A stretch of 64,000 nt of DNA from Macrostomum hystrix (taxonomy: Eukaryota > Animalia > Platyhelminthes). The position numbers and the translations under genes are program-made. Positions within the stretch are counted from its first letter, which is position 1, and every line of letters starts with the position of its first letter. Below, in pieces: positions 1 through 13,700 of the stretch. The stretch spans positions 6,386,001 through 6,450,000 of the forward strand of contig CATNEN010000039.1 in NCBI GenBank assembly GCA_950097015.1, read 5' to 3'. The notes beneath the pieces were generated by a model that worked only from the letters and a program-made list of their open reading frames with translations, did not search any database and had not been told where the DNA came from.

Positions 1-304
1 GTATCAAAATTGAACTGAGCTGTCATGCGTGTGACTCTATTCACCTGCCCCAAGCACTGCAGACACAATATCGAGTCATACTTGAGACTGTCAGCTGTTA
101 AATTTCCCTTCAGTTGACAGATAGCGCAGTTGAATTTGGAAAAGCAAATTGCAAAGTTACTCACTCACTGAGCATTGCATTGAATTAAATTGAGCATTGA
201 CAGGTGGAATAAAGCGAATAACACTGACAGACAGCATTGGCAAGCTGTCAGCAGAGTCTGATGAGTTAAACAAAGACTTGGCATAGATTGCACGTAAGTT
301 CAAG

Positions 305-1195
305 TTGGGGATGCGGGTTTGTGGTCATGGGATGTGGGGATCAGTTTGGGGGTCATGGGATGTGGGGATCAGTTTGTAGTCATGGGATGTGGGGATCAGT
401 TTGGGGGTCATGGGATGTGGGGATCAGTTTGGGGGTCATGGGATGTGGGGATCAGTTTGGGGGTCATGGGATGTGGGGATCAGTTTGTAGTCATGGGATG
501 TGGGGATCAGTTTGTAGTCATGGGATGTGGGGATCAGTTTGTAGTCATGGGATGTGGGGATCAGTTTGGGGGTCATGGGATGTGGGGATCAGTTTGTAGT
601 CATGGGATGTGGGGATCAGTTTGTAGTCATGGGATGTGGGGATCAGTTTGTAGTCATGGGATGTGGGGATCAGTTTGTAGTCATGGGATGTGGGGATCAG
701 TTTGTAGTCATGGGATGTGGGGATCAGTTTGAGGGTCATGGGGTGTGGGGATCAGTTTGGGGGTCATTTGATGTGGAGATCAGTTTGGGGGTCATGGGAT
801 GTGGGGATCAGTTTGGGGGTCATGGCATGTGGGGATCAGTTTGTAGTCATGGGATGTGGGGATCAGTTTGTAGTCATGGGATGTGGGGATCAGTTTGGGG
901 GTCATGGGATGTGGGGATCAGTTTGGGGGTCATGGGATGTGGGGATCAGTTTGGGGGTCATGGGATGTGGGGATCAGTTTGGGGATCATTTGATGTGGGG
1001 ATCAGTTTGTAGTCATGGGATGTGGGGATCAGTTTGTAGTCATGGGATATGGGGATCAGTTTGGGGATCATTTGATGTGGGGATCAGTTTGGGGGTCATG
1101 GGATGTGGGGATCAGTTTGGGGGTCATGGGATGTGGGGATCAGTTTGGGGGTCTTGGGATGTGGGGATCAGTTTGGGGGTCATTGGATGTGGGGA
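305..1195. repeat. Minisatellite, 27-28-bp G-rich unit (TCATGGGATGTGGGGATCAGTTTGGGGG / ...TTTGTAG)
   Basis: ~31 copies, starting just after a GTAAGT donor-like site at 294; probably a 5'UTR intron of ETO. Confidence 0.95.
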
Positions 1196-1498
1196 ATAGT
1201 TTCGGGAAACGGAAGGTGGATGTCGGTATAGTCTGGGTGGAGCCGTGCAGCTTTCTACTCAGTTCTAGCGGACAGCTTAAGCATTATTGTAAGGCGGAGC
1301 AGCGGCAAAGAGGGCAGCTGTTGTCGCTTGCTCAGCCAGCCAGCCGTGGCAGCCAGGCGGCACGTGTGCTCACGTGTCAGGTGCAAAATCCCATGCGATA
1401 GGTAAAATTTGCGCGGGGGAGTCGCCAGGTTTGGCTCGGACAGCGCAGCTGCTATAAGATCTGCTCTAGAAATTAAGGAGAGGCGAACAGCTGTTGCA

Positions 1499-1550
<52 letters not shown>
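1499..1550. repeat. (GT)n microsatellite
   Basis: About 25 GT dinucleotides. Confidence 0.95.
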
Positions 1551-1551
<1 letters not shown>

Positions 1552-1759
1552 TGTGGGCCGCAGATATCTAGCCACAGCTGAGTGAGTGGCATTCTTAGTT
1601 CAGCTGTTTCGCTTCCTTCTTATTGGCTGACAAACTTCAGCGAGTTACAATTGAGCAAATAGTAGGCAAATAAGGGTGCACTCGGGTGCTGCTCGCTGTG
1701 GAACCTAAACTGAAAAATACCCCGATTTAGCCCTACAATTTCTCAAGATTGATTGCAGC

Positions 1760-4700
1760 ATGGAAGCAGATGAGCGGGAAGTTACAGGTAAGCAACTTGA
1801 AGACTATCTTTGGTTCTCATTGTCAGGAGATTATCTTGAATTGTCAGAGGACAGTCGAGGTTATAGGAAAGATCTCTGTGCGTCTTTCACGAACTGCAAG
1901 TCAAACCGAATTTCTTCTTCGAGTGTCCGGGCAATCACCAAGCGGAGCCGTCAGCAGCTCGGCAGCCCTGGCAGGTGTCAATCTGCCGAGCCTAACAGCG
2001 TCCATTTCCTCCGAGACTGGTGACTCAGGTCAGCTTGCAAAGTTGAAACGATTTTTAATGACTCTGATCCAATTCGGCAACGACATTGGGCCGGAATCCG
2101 GACAGAAAGTGCGCAAGATTGTGCTCGGATTGCTTGTGAGTTCGGCTCCTGACACCCTACTGACTCTACTGAAACCCTACTGATACTCCTGACACCCTAC
2201 TGACTCTCCTGACACCACACTGACTCTCCTGACACCATACTGACTCTCCTGAAACCCTACTGACTCTCCTGAAACCCTACTGATACTCCTGACATCTTAC
2301 TGACTCTCTTGGCACCATACTGACTCTCCTGACACCATACTGACTCTCCTGACACCATACTGACTCTCCTGACACCCTACTGATACTCCTGACACCCTAC
2401 TGATACTCCTGACACCCTACTGATACTCCTGACACCCTACTGACTCTCCTGACACCACACTGACTCTCCTGACACCATACTGACTCTCCTGAAACCCTAC
2501 TGACTCTCCTGAAACCCTACTGATACTCCTGACATCTTACTGACTCTCTTGGCACCATACTGACTCTCCTGACACCATACTGACTCTCCTGACACCCTAC
2601 TGACTCTCCTGACACCCTACTGATACTCCTGACACCCTACTGATACTCCTGACACCCTACTGACTCTCCTGACACCCTACTGATACTCCTGAGACCCTGC
2701 TAACACAACTCCCACCCTTTCTGACTCATCTGACACGAGTTTAATTAAAATAATCTCCAGTCGGGAATCCTCAGCATCGACGAGTTTCGCTTCGAGCTGC
2801 AGTCGGCCATCAGCCTGCCTCTCCGGCCGTTTGTGCTGCCATTCCTGCGGGCCAGTCTGCCGATGGCGCGGCGCCAACTCGCCGAGCGCTGCCGCGACGT
2901 GGCTGAAGGTCGATCGGCCCCAGTTGACACCGACAGGCTGCTGATGAGGCTGCTGTCTGAATGCGAGAACAGGATGGACGGCCGAGGCGGCGTTGTCGGC
3001 GGTCGCGGCGAAGGAGGGCACAAACGAAGGGCGGACTGGTGAGTGTTCTGGCACAAGGGTGTCGTGGACTGTTCAGGGAAAAACTGACAGATAAAACATC
3101 GGGTGTTAGGAAATATAGTAGAGAAAAAATGATAAGAAGGCAGGTGTAAAAAAAGACATAGGGTCTCGGGAGAAAACAGAGGGTGTCGGGAGAAAACTGA
3201 GGGTGTCAAGAAGAAAGCAGAGGGTGTCAGGAGAAAACAGAGGGTGTCAAGAAGAAAGCAGAGGGTGTCAAGAAGAAAGCAGAGGGTGTCAAGAAGAAAG
3301 CAGAGAGTGTCAAGAAGAAAACAGAGGGTGTCAAGAAGAAAACAGAGGGTGTCAAGAAGAAAGCAGAGGGTGTCAAGAAGAAAGCTGAGGGTGTCAAGAA
3401 GAAAGCAGAGGGTGTCAGGAGAAAACAGAGGGTGTCAAGAAGAAAGCAGAGGGTGTCAGGAGAAAACAGAGGGTGTCAAGAAGAAAGCAGAGGGTGTCAA
3501 GAAGAAAACAGAGGGTGTCAAGAAGAAAGCAGAGAGTGTCAAGAAGAAAGCAGAGGGTGTCAAGAAGAAAGCTGAGGGTGTCAAGAAGAAAGCAGAGGGT
3601 GTCAGGAGAAAACAGAGGGTGTCAAGAAGAAAGCAGAGGGTGTCAGGAGAAAACAGAGGGTGTCAAGAAGAAAGCAGAGGGTGTCAAGAAGAAAACAGAG
3701 GGTGTCAAGAAGAAAGCAGAGGGTGTCAAGAAGAAAACAGAGGGTGTCAAGAAGAAAGCAGAGAGTGTCAAGAAGAAAACAGAGGGTGTCAAGAAGAAAA
3801 CAGAGGGTGTCAAGAAGAAAGCAGAGGGTGTCAAGAAGAAAGCAGAGGGTGTCAAGAAGAAAGCAGAGAGTGTCAAGAAGAAAACAGAGGGTGTCAAGAA
3901 GAAAACAGAGGGTGTCAAGAAGAAAGCAGAGGGTGTCAAGAAGAAAACAGAGGGTGTCAAGAAGAAAGCAGAGGGTGTCAAGAAGAAAGCAGAGGGTGTC
4001 AAGAAGAAAACAGAGGGTGTCAAGAAGAAAACAGAGGGTGTCAAGAAGAAAGCAGAGGGTGTCAAGAAGAAAACAGAGGGTGTCAAGAAGAAAGCAGAGG
4101 GTGTCAAGAAGAAAGCAGAGGGTGTCAAGAAGAAAGCAGAGGGTGTCAAGAAGAAAGCAGAGGGTGTCAAGAAGAAAGCAGAGGATGTCAAGAAGAAAAC
4201 AGAGGGTGTCAGGAGAAAACTGAGGGTATCGGGAGACAACTGAGGGTGTCAAGAAGAAAGCTGAGGGTGTCAAGAAGAAAGCTGAGGGTGTCAAGAAGAA
4301 AGCAGAGGGTGTCAAGAAGAAAGCAGAGGGTGTCAAGAAGAAAGCTGAGGGTGTCAAGAAGAAAGCAGAGGGTGTCAAGAAGAAAGCTGAGGGTGTCAAG
4401 AAGAAAGCAGAGGGTGTCAAGAAGAAAGCAGAGGGTGTCAAGAAGAAAGCAGAGGGTGTCAAGAAGAAAGCAGAGGGTGTCAAGAAGAAAGCAGAGGGTG
4501 TCAAGAAGAAAGCAGAGGGTGTCAAGAAGAAAGCAGAGGGTGTCAAGAAGAAAGCAGAGGGTGTCAAGAAGAAAGCAGAGGGTGTCAAGAAGAAAACTGA
4601 GGGTGTCAAGAGGTTCAGTAGGCAAAGTTTGCTGTTTTTCCTTTCATCAACAACATTGTCCGCATCCTCCAATCTAAAAACCAGCAGTCATATTTTTGAT

Positions 4701-7700
4701 AATTTTTTTCTTTAAGAATTCCAATTGAATTTTATCTTTGAAACCCAATAATTAAATTGCTGCTGCCTGCAAAATGCTTTAATAATACGATTGAATCAAA
4801 GAATTACAAGTAGGAAAAATTGCCTCTCAAAGCCACTTCAACAATTTTTCACAGACGCAAAAATGCTTAGGGAAACAACATCAAAGGAAATTTTTGCGTT
4901 TGCCAATATTTTCAGTCAAGTTTCACAATGATTTAATTGCTTTCGAAACTATTTTCACAGGCTATCCATGCAGTTCGCAAATCACAAATTGTAGGGCGAA
5001 AGTTGATTCCCACACTTTCACCTCAGTTCACTCACTCTCACCTCAGTTCACTCACTTTTATCTCAGTTCACTCACTCTCACCTCAGTTCACTCACTTTTA
5101 CCTCAGTTCACTCACTCTCACCTCAGTTCACTCACTTTTACCTCAGTTCACTCACTCTCACCTCAGTTCACTCACTTTTACCTCAGTTCACTCACTCTCA
5201 CCTCAGTTCACTCACTTTTACCTCAGTTCACTCACTCTCACCTCAGTTCACTCACTTTTACCTCAGTTCACTCACTCTCACCTCAGTTCACTCACTTTTA
5301 CCTCAGTTCACTCACTCTCACCTCAGTTCGCTCACTTTCACCTCAGTTCATTCACTCTCAGCTCAGTTCCCTCACTTTCACCTCAGTTCATTCACTCTCA
5401 GCTCAGTTCACTCACTTTCACCTCAGTTCATTCACTCTCACCTCAGTTCACTCACTCTCACCTCAGTTCACTCACTTTCACTCACTCTCACCTCAGTTCA
5501 CTCACTTTCACCTCAGCTCACTCACTTTCACCTCAGTTCACTCACTTTCACTCACTCTCACCTCAGTTCACTCACTTTCACCTCAGTTCATTCACTCTCA
5601 CCTCAGTTCACTCACTCTCACCTCAGTTCACTCACTTTCACTCACTCTCACCTCAGTTCACTCACTTTTACCTCAGTTCACTCACTTTCACTCACTTTCA
5701 CCTCAGTTCATTCACTTTCACTCACTCTCACCTCAGTTCACTCACTTTCACTCACTATCACCTCAGTTCACTCACTTTCACCTCAGTTCACTCACTTTCA
5801 CCTCAGTTCACTCACTTTCACCTCAGTTCACTCACTTTCACCTCAGTTCACTCACTTTCACCTCAGTTCACTCACTTTCACCTCAGTTCACTCACTCTCA
5901 CCTCAGTTCACTCACTTTCACCTCAGTTCACTCACTTTCACCTCAGTTCACTCACTTTCACCTCAGTTCACTCACTTTCACCTCAGTTCACTCACTCTCA
6001 CCTCAGTTCACTCACTTTCACTCACTCTCACCTTAGTTCACTCACTTTCACTCATTCTCACCTCAGTTCACACACTCTCACCTCAGTTCACTCACTCTCA
6101 CCTCAGTTCACTCACTTTTACCTCAGTTCACTCACTTTCACTCACTCTCACCTCAGTTCACTCACTTTCACTCACTCTCACCTCAGTTCACTCACTTTCA
6201 CTCACTATCACCTCAGTTCACTCACTTTCACCTCATTTCACTCACTTTCACCTCAGTTCACTCACTTTTACCTCAGTTCACTCACTTTCACCTCAGTTCA
6301 CTCACTCTCACCTCAGTTCACTCACTCTCACCTCAGTTCACTCACTCTCACCTCAGTTCACTCACTCTCACCTCAGTTCACTCACTTTCACTCACTCTCA
6401 CCTCAGTTCACTCACTTTCACTCACTTTCACCTCAGTTCACTCACTCTCACCTCAGTTCACTCACTTTTACCTCAGTTTACTCACTTTCACCTCAGTTCA
6501 CTCACTTTCACCTCAGTTCACTCACTCTCACCTCAGTTCACTCACTCTCACCACAGTTCACTCACTCTCACCTCAGTTCACTCACTCTCACCTCAGTTCA
6601 CTCACTTTCACCTCAGTTCACTCACTTTCACTCACTCTCACTTCAGTTCACTCACTTTCACTCACTCTCACCTCAGTTCACTCACTCTCACCTCAGTTCA
6701 CACACTTTCACTCACTTTCACCTCAGTTCACTCACTTTCACCTCAGTTCACTCACTCTCACCTCAGTTCACTCACTCTCACCTCAGTTCACTCACTCTCA
6801 CCTCAGTTCACTCACTTTCACCTCAGTTCACTCACTCTCACCTCAGTTCACTCACTCTCACCTCAGTTCACTCACTCTCACCTCAGTTCACTCACTCTCA
6901 CCTCAGTTCACTCACTCTCACCTCAGTTCACTCACTTTCACTCACTCTCACCTCAGTTCACTCACTTTCACTCACTTTCACCTCAGTTCACTCACTCTCA
7001 CCTCAGTTCACTCACTTTCACCTCAGTTCACTCACTTTCACCTCAGTTCACTCACTTTCACCTCAGTTCACTCACTTTCACCTCAGTTCACTCACTCTCA
7101 CCTCAGTTCACTCACTTTCACCTCAGTTCACTCACTTTCACCTCAGTTCACGCACTCTCACCTCAGTTCACTCACTTTCACCTCAGTTCACTCACTCTCA
7201 CCTCAGTTCACTCACTCTCACCTCAGTTCACTCACTCTCACCTCAGTTCACTCACTTTCACCTCAGTTCACTCACTCTCACCTCAGTTCACTCACTCTCA
7301 CCACAGTTCACTCACTCTCACCTCAGTTCACTCACTTTCACCTCAGTTCACTCACTTTCACTCACTCTCACTTCAGTTCACTCACTTTCACTCACTCTCA
7401 CCTCAGTTCACTCACTCTCACCTCAGTTCACACACTTTCACTCACTTTCACCTCAGTTCACTCACTTTCACCTCAGTTCACTCACTCTCACCTCAGTTCA
7501 CTCACTCTCACCTCAGTTCACTCACTCTCACCTCAGTTCACTCACTTTCACCTCAGTTCACTCACTCTCACCTCAGTTCACTCACTCTCACCTCAGTTCA
7601 CTCACTCTCACCTCAGTTCACTCACTCTCACCTCAGTTCACTCACTCTCACCTCAGTTCACTCACTTTCACTCACTCTCACCTCAGTTCACTCACTTTCA

Positions 7701-10700
7701 CTCACTTTCACCTCATTTCACTCACTTTCACCTCAGTTCACTCACTCTCACCTCAGTTCACTCACTTTTACCTCAGTTCACTCACTCTCACCTCAGTTCA
7801 CTCACTTTTACCTCAGTTCACTCACTCTCACCTCAGTTCACTCACTTTCACCTCAGTTCACTCACTCTCACCTCAGTTCACCCACTTTCACCTCAGTTCA
7901 CTCACTTTCACCTCAGTTCACTCACTTTCACCTCAGTTCACTCACTTTCACCTCAGTTCACTCACTCTCACCTCAGTTCACTCACTTTCACCTCAGTTCA
8001 CTCACTTTCACCTCAGTTCACTCACTTTCACCTCAGTTCACTCACTTTCACCTCAGTTCACTCACTCTCACCTCAGTTCACTCACTTTCACCTCAGTTCA
8101 CTCACTTTCACCTCAGTTCACGCACTCTCACCTCAGTTCACTCACTTTCACCTCAGTTCACTCACTCTCACCTCAGTTCACTCACTCTCACCTCAGTTCA
8201 CTCACTCTCACCTCAGTTCACTCACTTTCACCTCAGTTCACTCACTCTCACCTCAGTTCACTCACTCTCACCTCAGTTCACTCACTTTCACCTCAGTTCA
8301 CTCACTTTCACCTCAGTTCACTCACTTTCACCTCAGTTCACTCACTTTCACCTCAGTTCACTCACTCTCACCTCAGTTCACTCACTTTCACCTCAGTTCA
8401 CTCACTTTCACCTCAGTTCACGCACTCTCACCTCAGTTCACTCACTTTCACCTCAGTTCACTTACTCTCACCTCAGTTCACTCACTTTCACATCAGTTCA
8501 CTCACTCTCACCTCAGTTTACTCACTTTCACTCACTCTCACCTCAGTTCACTCATTTTCACCTCAGTTCACTCACTCTCACCTCAAATCACAGTTTTTCC
8601 GAGGCATACACAGCAATTTCTGTTCCCAGCTGTCCCATCCCATCACGAATCCCATCGCTGAGTTGCTTCTATTCAGGGAGATTTCCATACAGGGAAAATT
8701 GGCGAAATGGTGCAATAAAGAGAAGAAATGCCAATCTGAAAATCGATGGCTTCAGGTGCGAGAAAATTGCTCAAACAGGCCCTCCGCCCACAACTGGGTT
8801 GAGGCAGATAAAAAGGGGTGCAACCATTTGCCGCCTGTCTTTTGGTGTTCAATACCCAGCAGAGCAATGCCCAACCAGGAGGTCTCAAACAATGAGACTG
8901 ATCAGGAGAAATCTGATCAGCTGACCAGCTCAAACGATTTTTGCAGGCAGTCCGACCATCAGCCACCAAAGAAACGACTGGCGAGCTTTCGCTATAGCTG
9001 CAAAAGCAGCAGCAGCAGCAGCAGCAGCGGCAACAGCAGCAGCCAAAGCTGCATGTCATCATCGATTGTGGCTCCATCCATTGAAGTCAAGCTGAATAGA
9101 AATGCCGGAGGCTCCGGCACCTCAGGTGAGCATACCGACTCATTCCGCAAGCTGACTGTCCTAATCCTCATAATCACTTCTTCCAGTTTCATTGAGGAGT
9201 CGCGATCGTGACCAATCATTCTCACCAGCAATGATAGTTCTCCTTTCACTCACCCACAGCCCCGCTCATCCACTAACCCACTCACCGCTCAGTCACTCAC
9301 TTCCATTGACTCACTCCATTGACTCACTTCCTCATTGACTCACTTCCTCATTGACTCACTTCCCCATTGACTCACTTCCCCATTGACTCACTTCCCTATT
9401 GACTCACTTCCTCATTGACTCACTTCCCCATTGACTCACTTCCTCATTGACTCACTTCCCCATTGACTCACTTCCCCATTGACTCACTTCCTCATTGACT
9501 CACTTCCTCATTGACTCACTTCCCCATTGACTCACTTCCTCATTGACTCACTTCCCCATTGACTCACTTCCTCATTGACTCACTTCCCCATTGACTCACT
9601 TCCCCATTGACTCACTTCCCTATTGACTCACTTCCTCATTGACTCACTTCCCCATTGACTCACTTCCTCATTGACTCACTTCCCCATTGACTCACTTCCC
9701 CATTGACTCACTTCCTCATTGACTCACTTCCTCATTGACTCACTTCCCCATTGACTCACTTCCTCATTGACTCACTTCCCCATTGACTCACTTCCTCATT
9801 GACTCACTTCCCTATTGACTCACTTCCTCATTGACTCACTTCCCCATTGACTCACTTCCCCATTGACTCACTTCCTCATTGACTCACTTCCCCATTGACT
9901 CACTTCCTCATTGACTCACTTCCCCATTGACTCACTTCCCCATTGACTCACTTCCTCATTGACTCACTTCCCCATTGACTCAACTTCCTCATTGACTCAC
10001 TTCCCCATTGACTCACTTCCCCATTGACTCACTTCCCCATTGACTCACTTCCCCATTGACTCACTTCCTCATTGACTCACTTCCCCATTGACTCACTTCC
10101 TCATTGACTCACTTCCCCATTGACTCACTTCCCCATTGACTCACTTCCTCATTGACTCACTTCCCCATTGACTCAACTTCCTCATTGACTCACTTCCCCA
10201 TTGACTCACTTCCCCATTGACTCACTTCCTCATTGACTCACTTCCTCATTGACTCACTTCCTCATTGACTCACTTCCCCATTGACTCACTTCCCCATTGA
10301 CTCACTTCCTCATTGACTCACTTCCCCATTGACTCAACTTCCTCATTGACTCACTTCCCCATTGACTCACTTCCCCATTGACTCACTTCCTCATTGACTC
10401 ACTTCCCCATTGACTCACTCACTGCTGCTCCTGCGAATTGCACCTGCGAACTGATTATTCACTGGTATTTCTGAGCATGACGCAAATCGTTCACACATTC
10501 GAAAGCTCTCTCCGCACTTCACAGAAAATAGTCAGGAGAATGTTCAAGCCAGTGAAACATTCACACAACTAATACAACTCATTCACACAAATATTTCGAA
10601 ATATTCACATAAAACAGATAAATATTCACATAAATAAGATAAATATTCACATAAACAAGATAAATATTCACATAAAAAAGATAAATATTCACATAGATAA

Positions 10701-13700
10701 GATAAATATTCACATAAATAAGATAAACATTCACATAAATAAGATAAATAGTCACATAAAAAAGATAAATATTCACATAAATAAGATAAATATTCGCATC
10801 AATGAAAAAACTATTCACACAATTTGGTGATCATTCTTATAACGCTACTTGGTTTTTCAGCCTCGATGGTCAGCGGCAGTTTCTGTGGTAGTGACAGCTG
10901 TGCAACAGTGGACATTAAACACCGCGGCAGAGAGCAGTCGTTGATCTCTTGCCCACCTGCGGGGGCACCGCCGTTGCAGACAATCGGCCGCTCCATGGAG
11001 CTCAGCCAACAGTCAGCCTGGAGTCAGCTGGACCCGGTGAGAGAGGGCTGTGTGATTGGATGGAGGCTGTGTGATTGGAATGAGGCTGTGTGATTGGATG
11101 GAGGCTGTGTGATTGGATGGAGGCTGTGTGATTGGATGGAGGCTGTGTGATTGGATGGAGGCTGTGTGATTGGATGGAGGCTGTGTGATTGGATGGAGGC
11201 TGTGTGATTGGATGGAGGCTGTGTGATTGGGGTGGGGGCTGTGTGATTGGGGTGGGGGCTGTGTGATTGGGGTGGGGGGCTGTGTGATTGGGGTGGGGGG
11301 CTGTGTGATTGGGGTGGGGGCTGTGTGATTGGGGTGGGGGGCTGTGTGATTGGGGTGGGTGGCTGTGTGATTGGGGTGGGGAGCTGTGTGATTGGGGTGG
11401 GGGGCTGTGTGATTGTGGTGGGGGGCTGTGTGATTGGCCGGGGTGGGGGGCTGTGTGATTGGGGTGGGGAGCTGTGTGATTGGGGTGGGGGGCTGTGTGA
11501 TTGTGGTGGGGTGCTGCTGTCAGGCGCAAACATTTCAACAGGGCCAGGTAAGACTGTACGATATTTTTCCAGTCTGCTTTCCAGGTGTCAAGAAACTTTG
11601 TAAACACTAATGGCACGTTGTCTGAGAGAATTGTTCAGATTTAGTTTCAAAGCTTTTTACAGCAAAAAGTACAAAATGCATTGTCAAAGACTGCCATTTT
11701 ATTTTCAGCTCATGTCGGCCATTGCTGATTTGATTGACAAGGCGCAGAGAACAGTGATAGGATTGAGACAGATGCAGCAGCAGCAGCAGCAGCAGCAAGT
11801 GCCACTGGACACAATGAGCCAAGCTCATCGGCAGATGCAACAGCATGAAATCGGTAAGTAAATATTCATGCTCTGATGCAGCTCAGACAGCAGTTGCTTG
11901 TCAACTTATTGATTTCTAATGTCACTGCTTGAAGGAGTGAATTTTGAGAGCACGCTGCGCAGCTGTTCCGCAAGGCCCGCAATTTACCAGCAACTGGCTC
12001 TCACCGGGCAGATGATTTTGCTTGGCAATTAAAAAAACTGGGTTGAAACAGCAAAGTGGAGGTGGGGTTGGTTGCAATTAGAAAACAAACAACTGCAGGT
12101 GGCTATTGGCCTAATTTATTCCAGCTGCGTGCAGTGTCTGTAGGACTCATTTTTTATCCTGCCCGACCGCCTGCTACTTTGAACAGGTGAGAATTGGACG
12201 AAAACAAACACGAGAGGAGAGGACAGGACATTAGAGCGATGCAATTTGGCACAATGAAATGCGAGCTCACTAATGCTGAATTTATCAAAATTGATGCGCT
12301 GAATAGATACTTTTCAATATTAGGGAAGAAAAAGGGATTGTTGACGAAAACGGACAAAATTTAAATTGGGGTTCAAGTTGACGGACCAACTCAAAGTGAG
12401 TTCAATCTGATTCCAAATCCCAGACGACCTGGTCTCAGAGCTTCGCCGCCAAGCTCAGCAAGAAGTACAGCTGGCTGTGGCAGCGGCCGAGCAGCGCGCC
12501 AGCGAGGCCGTCGCCGCGGAGAGGCTGCGCAGCGAGCAGCTGCTGGCCCGGCTGCGGGAGGCTGCCAGGGAGGAGGAGGCCAGCAGCCAGCGGCTGCAGA
12601 GCAACTCGGCCGAGGTGACAAACACTTCCGCTGCCTGAGCCCGGATATATTTCAGATTGAAGGGGATGAGATTGGAAGGGATGAGATTGGGGAGGGGATG
12701 AGATTGGAGGGGATGAGATTGGGGAGGGGATGAGATTTGAGGGGATGAGATTAGGGAGGGGATGAGATTATAGGGAATGAGGTTGGAGGGGGTGAGATTG
12801 TGAAGGGGTGAGATTGGGGAGGGGATGAGATTGGGAAGGGGGTGAGATAAGGGAGGGGATGAGATTGGGAAGGGGGTGAGATAAGGGAGGGGATGAGATT
12901 GGGAAGGGGTGAGATTGGGAAGGGGGTGAGATTGGGGAGGGGATGAGATTGGGGAGGGGATGAGAATGGGGAAGGGATGAGATTGGGGAGGGGATGAGAT
13001 TGGGTAGGGGATGAGATTATAGGGAATGAGATTGGAGGGGATGAGATTGTGAGAGGGTGAGATTGGGGAGGGATGAGATTGGGAAGGGGATGAGATTGGG
13101 GAGGGATGAGATTGGGAAGGGGATGAGATTGGGGAGGGGATGAGATGGGGAGGGGATGAGATTGGGAAGGGGGTGAGATAAGGGAGGGGATGAGATTGGG
13201 AAGGGGTGAGATTGGGAAGGGGGTGAGATTGGGGAGGGGATGAGATTGGGAGGGGATGAGATTGGGGAGGGGATGAGATTGGGGAGGGGATGAGATTAGG
13301 AGGGGATGAGATTAGGAGGGGATGAGATTGGGAGGGAATGAGATTGGGGAGGATGAGATTGGGGAGGGGATGAGATTGGGGAGGTATGGTGATTAGGAAA
13401 GATGTACACAGACAAGGATCAGTTTTTTTTCCGCACAAATAATCCCAAATTTCGGAATCCCGACGCCGCAGAACTGCTGGAACTGCGGCCGGTTGGCCTC
13501 CGATACCTGCAGCGGCTGCGGTTTGGCCCGCTACTGCGGTAGCTTCTGCCAGCACAGGGACTGGCAAAAACACCAGCGACAGTGCGCCAGGAAGGGTGAG
13601 TGTGATGCAGTGGGGTAGGGTGTGATGGAGTGGGGTTGGGTGTGATGGGGTGGTGTAGGGTGTGATGGAGTTGGGTATTGGGTGTGATGGTGTGGGGTAG

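Noticed and set aside
3203-4677. Protamine-like SRRKQRV repeat ORFs
   Set aside because: Multiple frames on both strands are open because of a 21-bp repeat inside an ETO intron; no evidence of coding.
4894-9211. 1424-aa and 380-aa ORFs
   Set aside because: Translations of a stop-free 20-bp intronic minisatellite; only the end (~8860-9125) is a real ETO exon.
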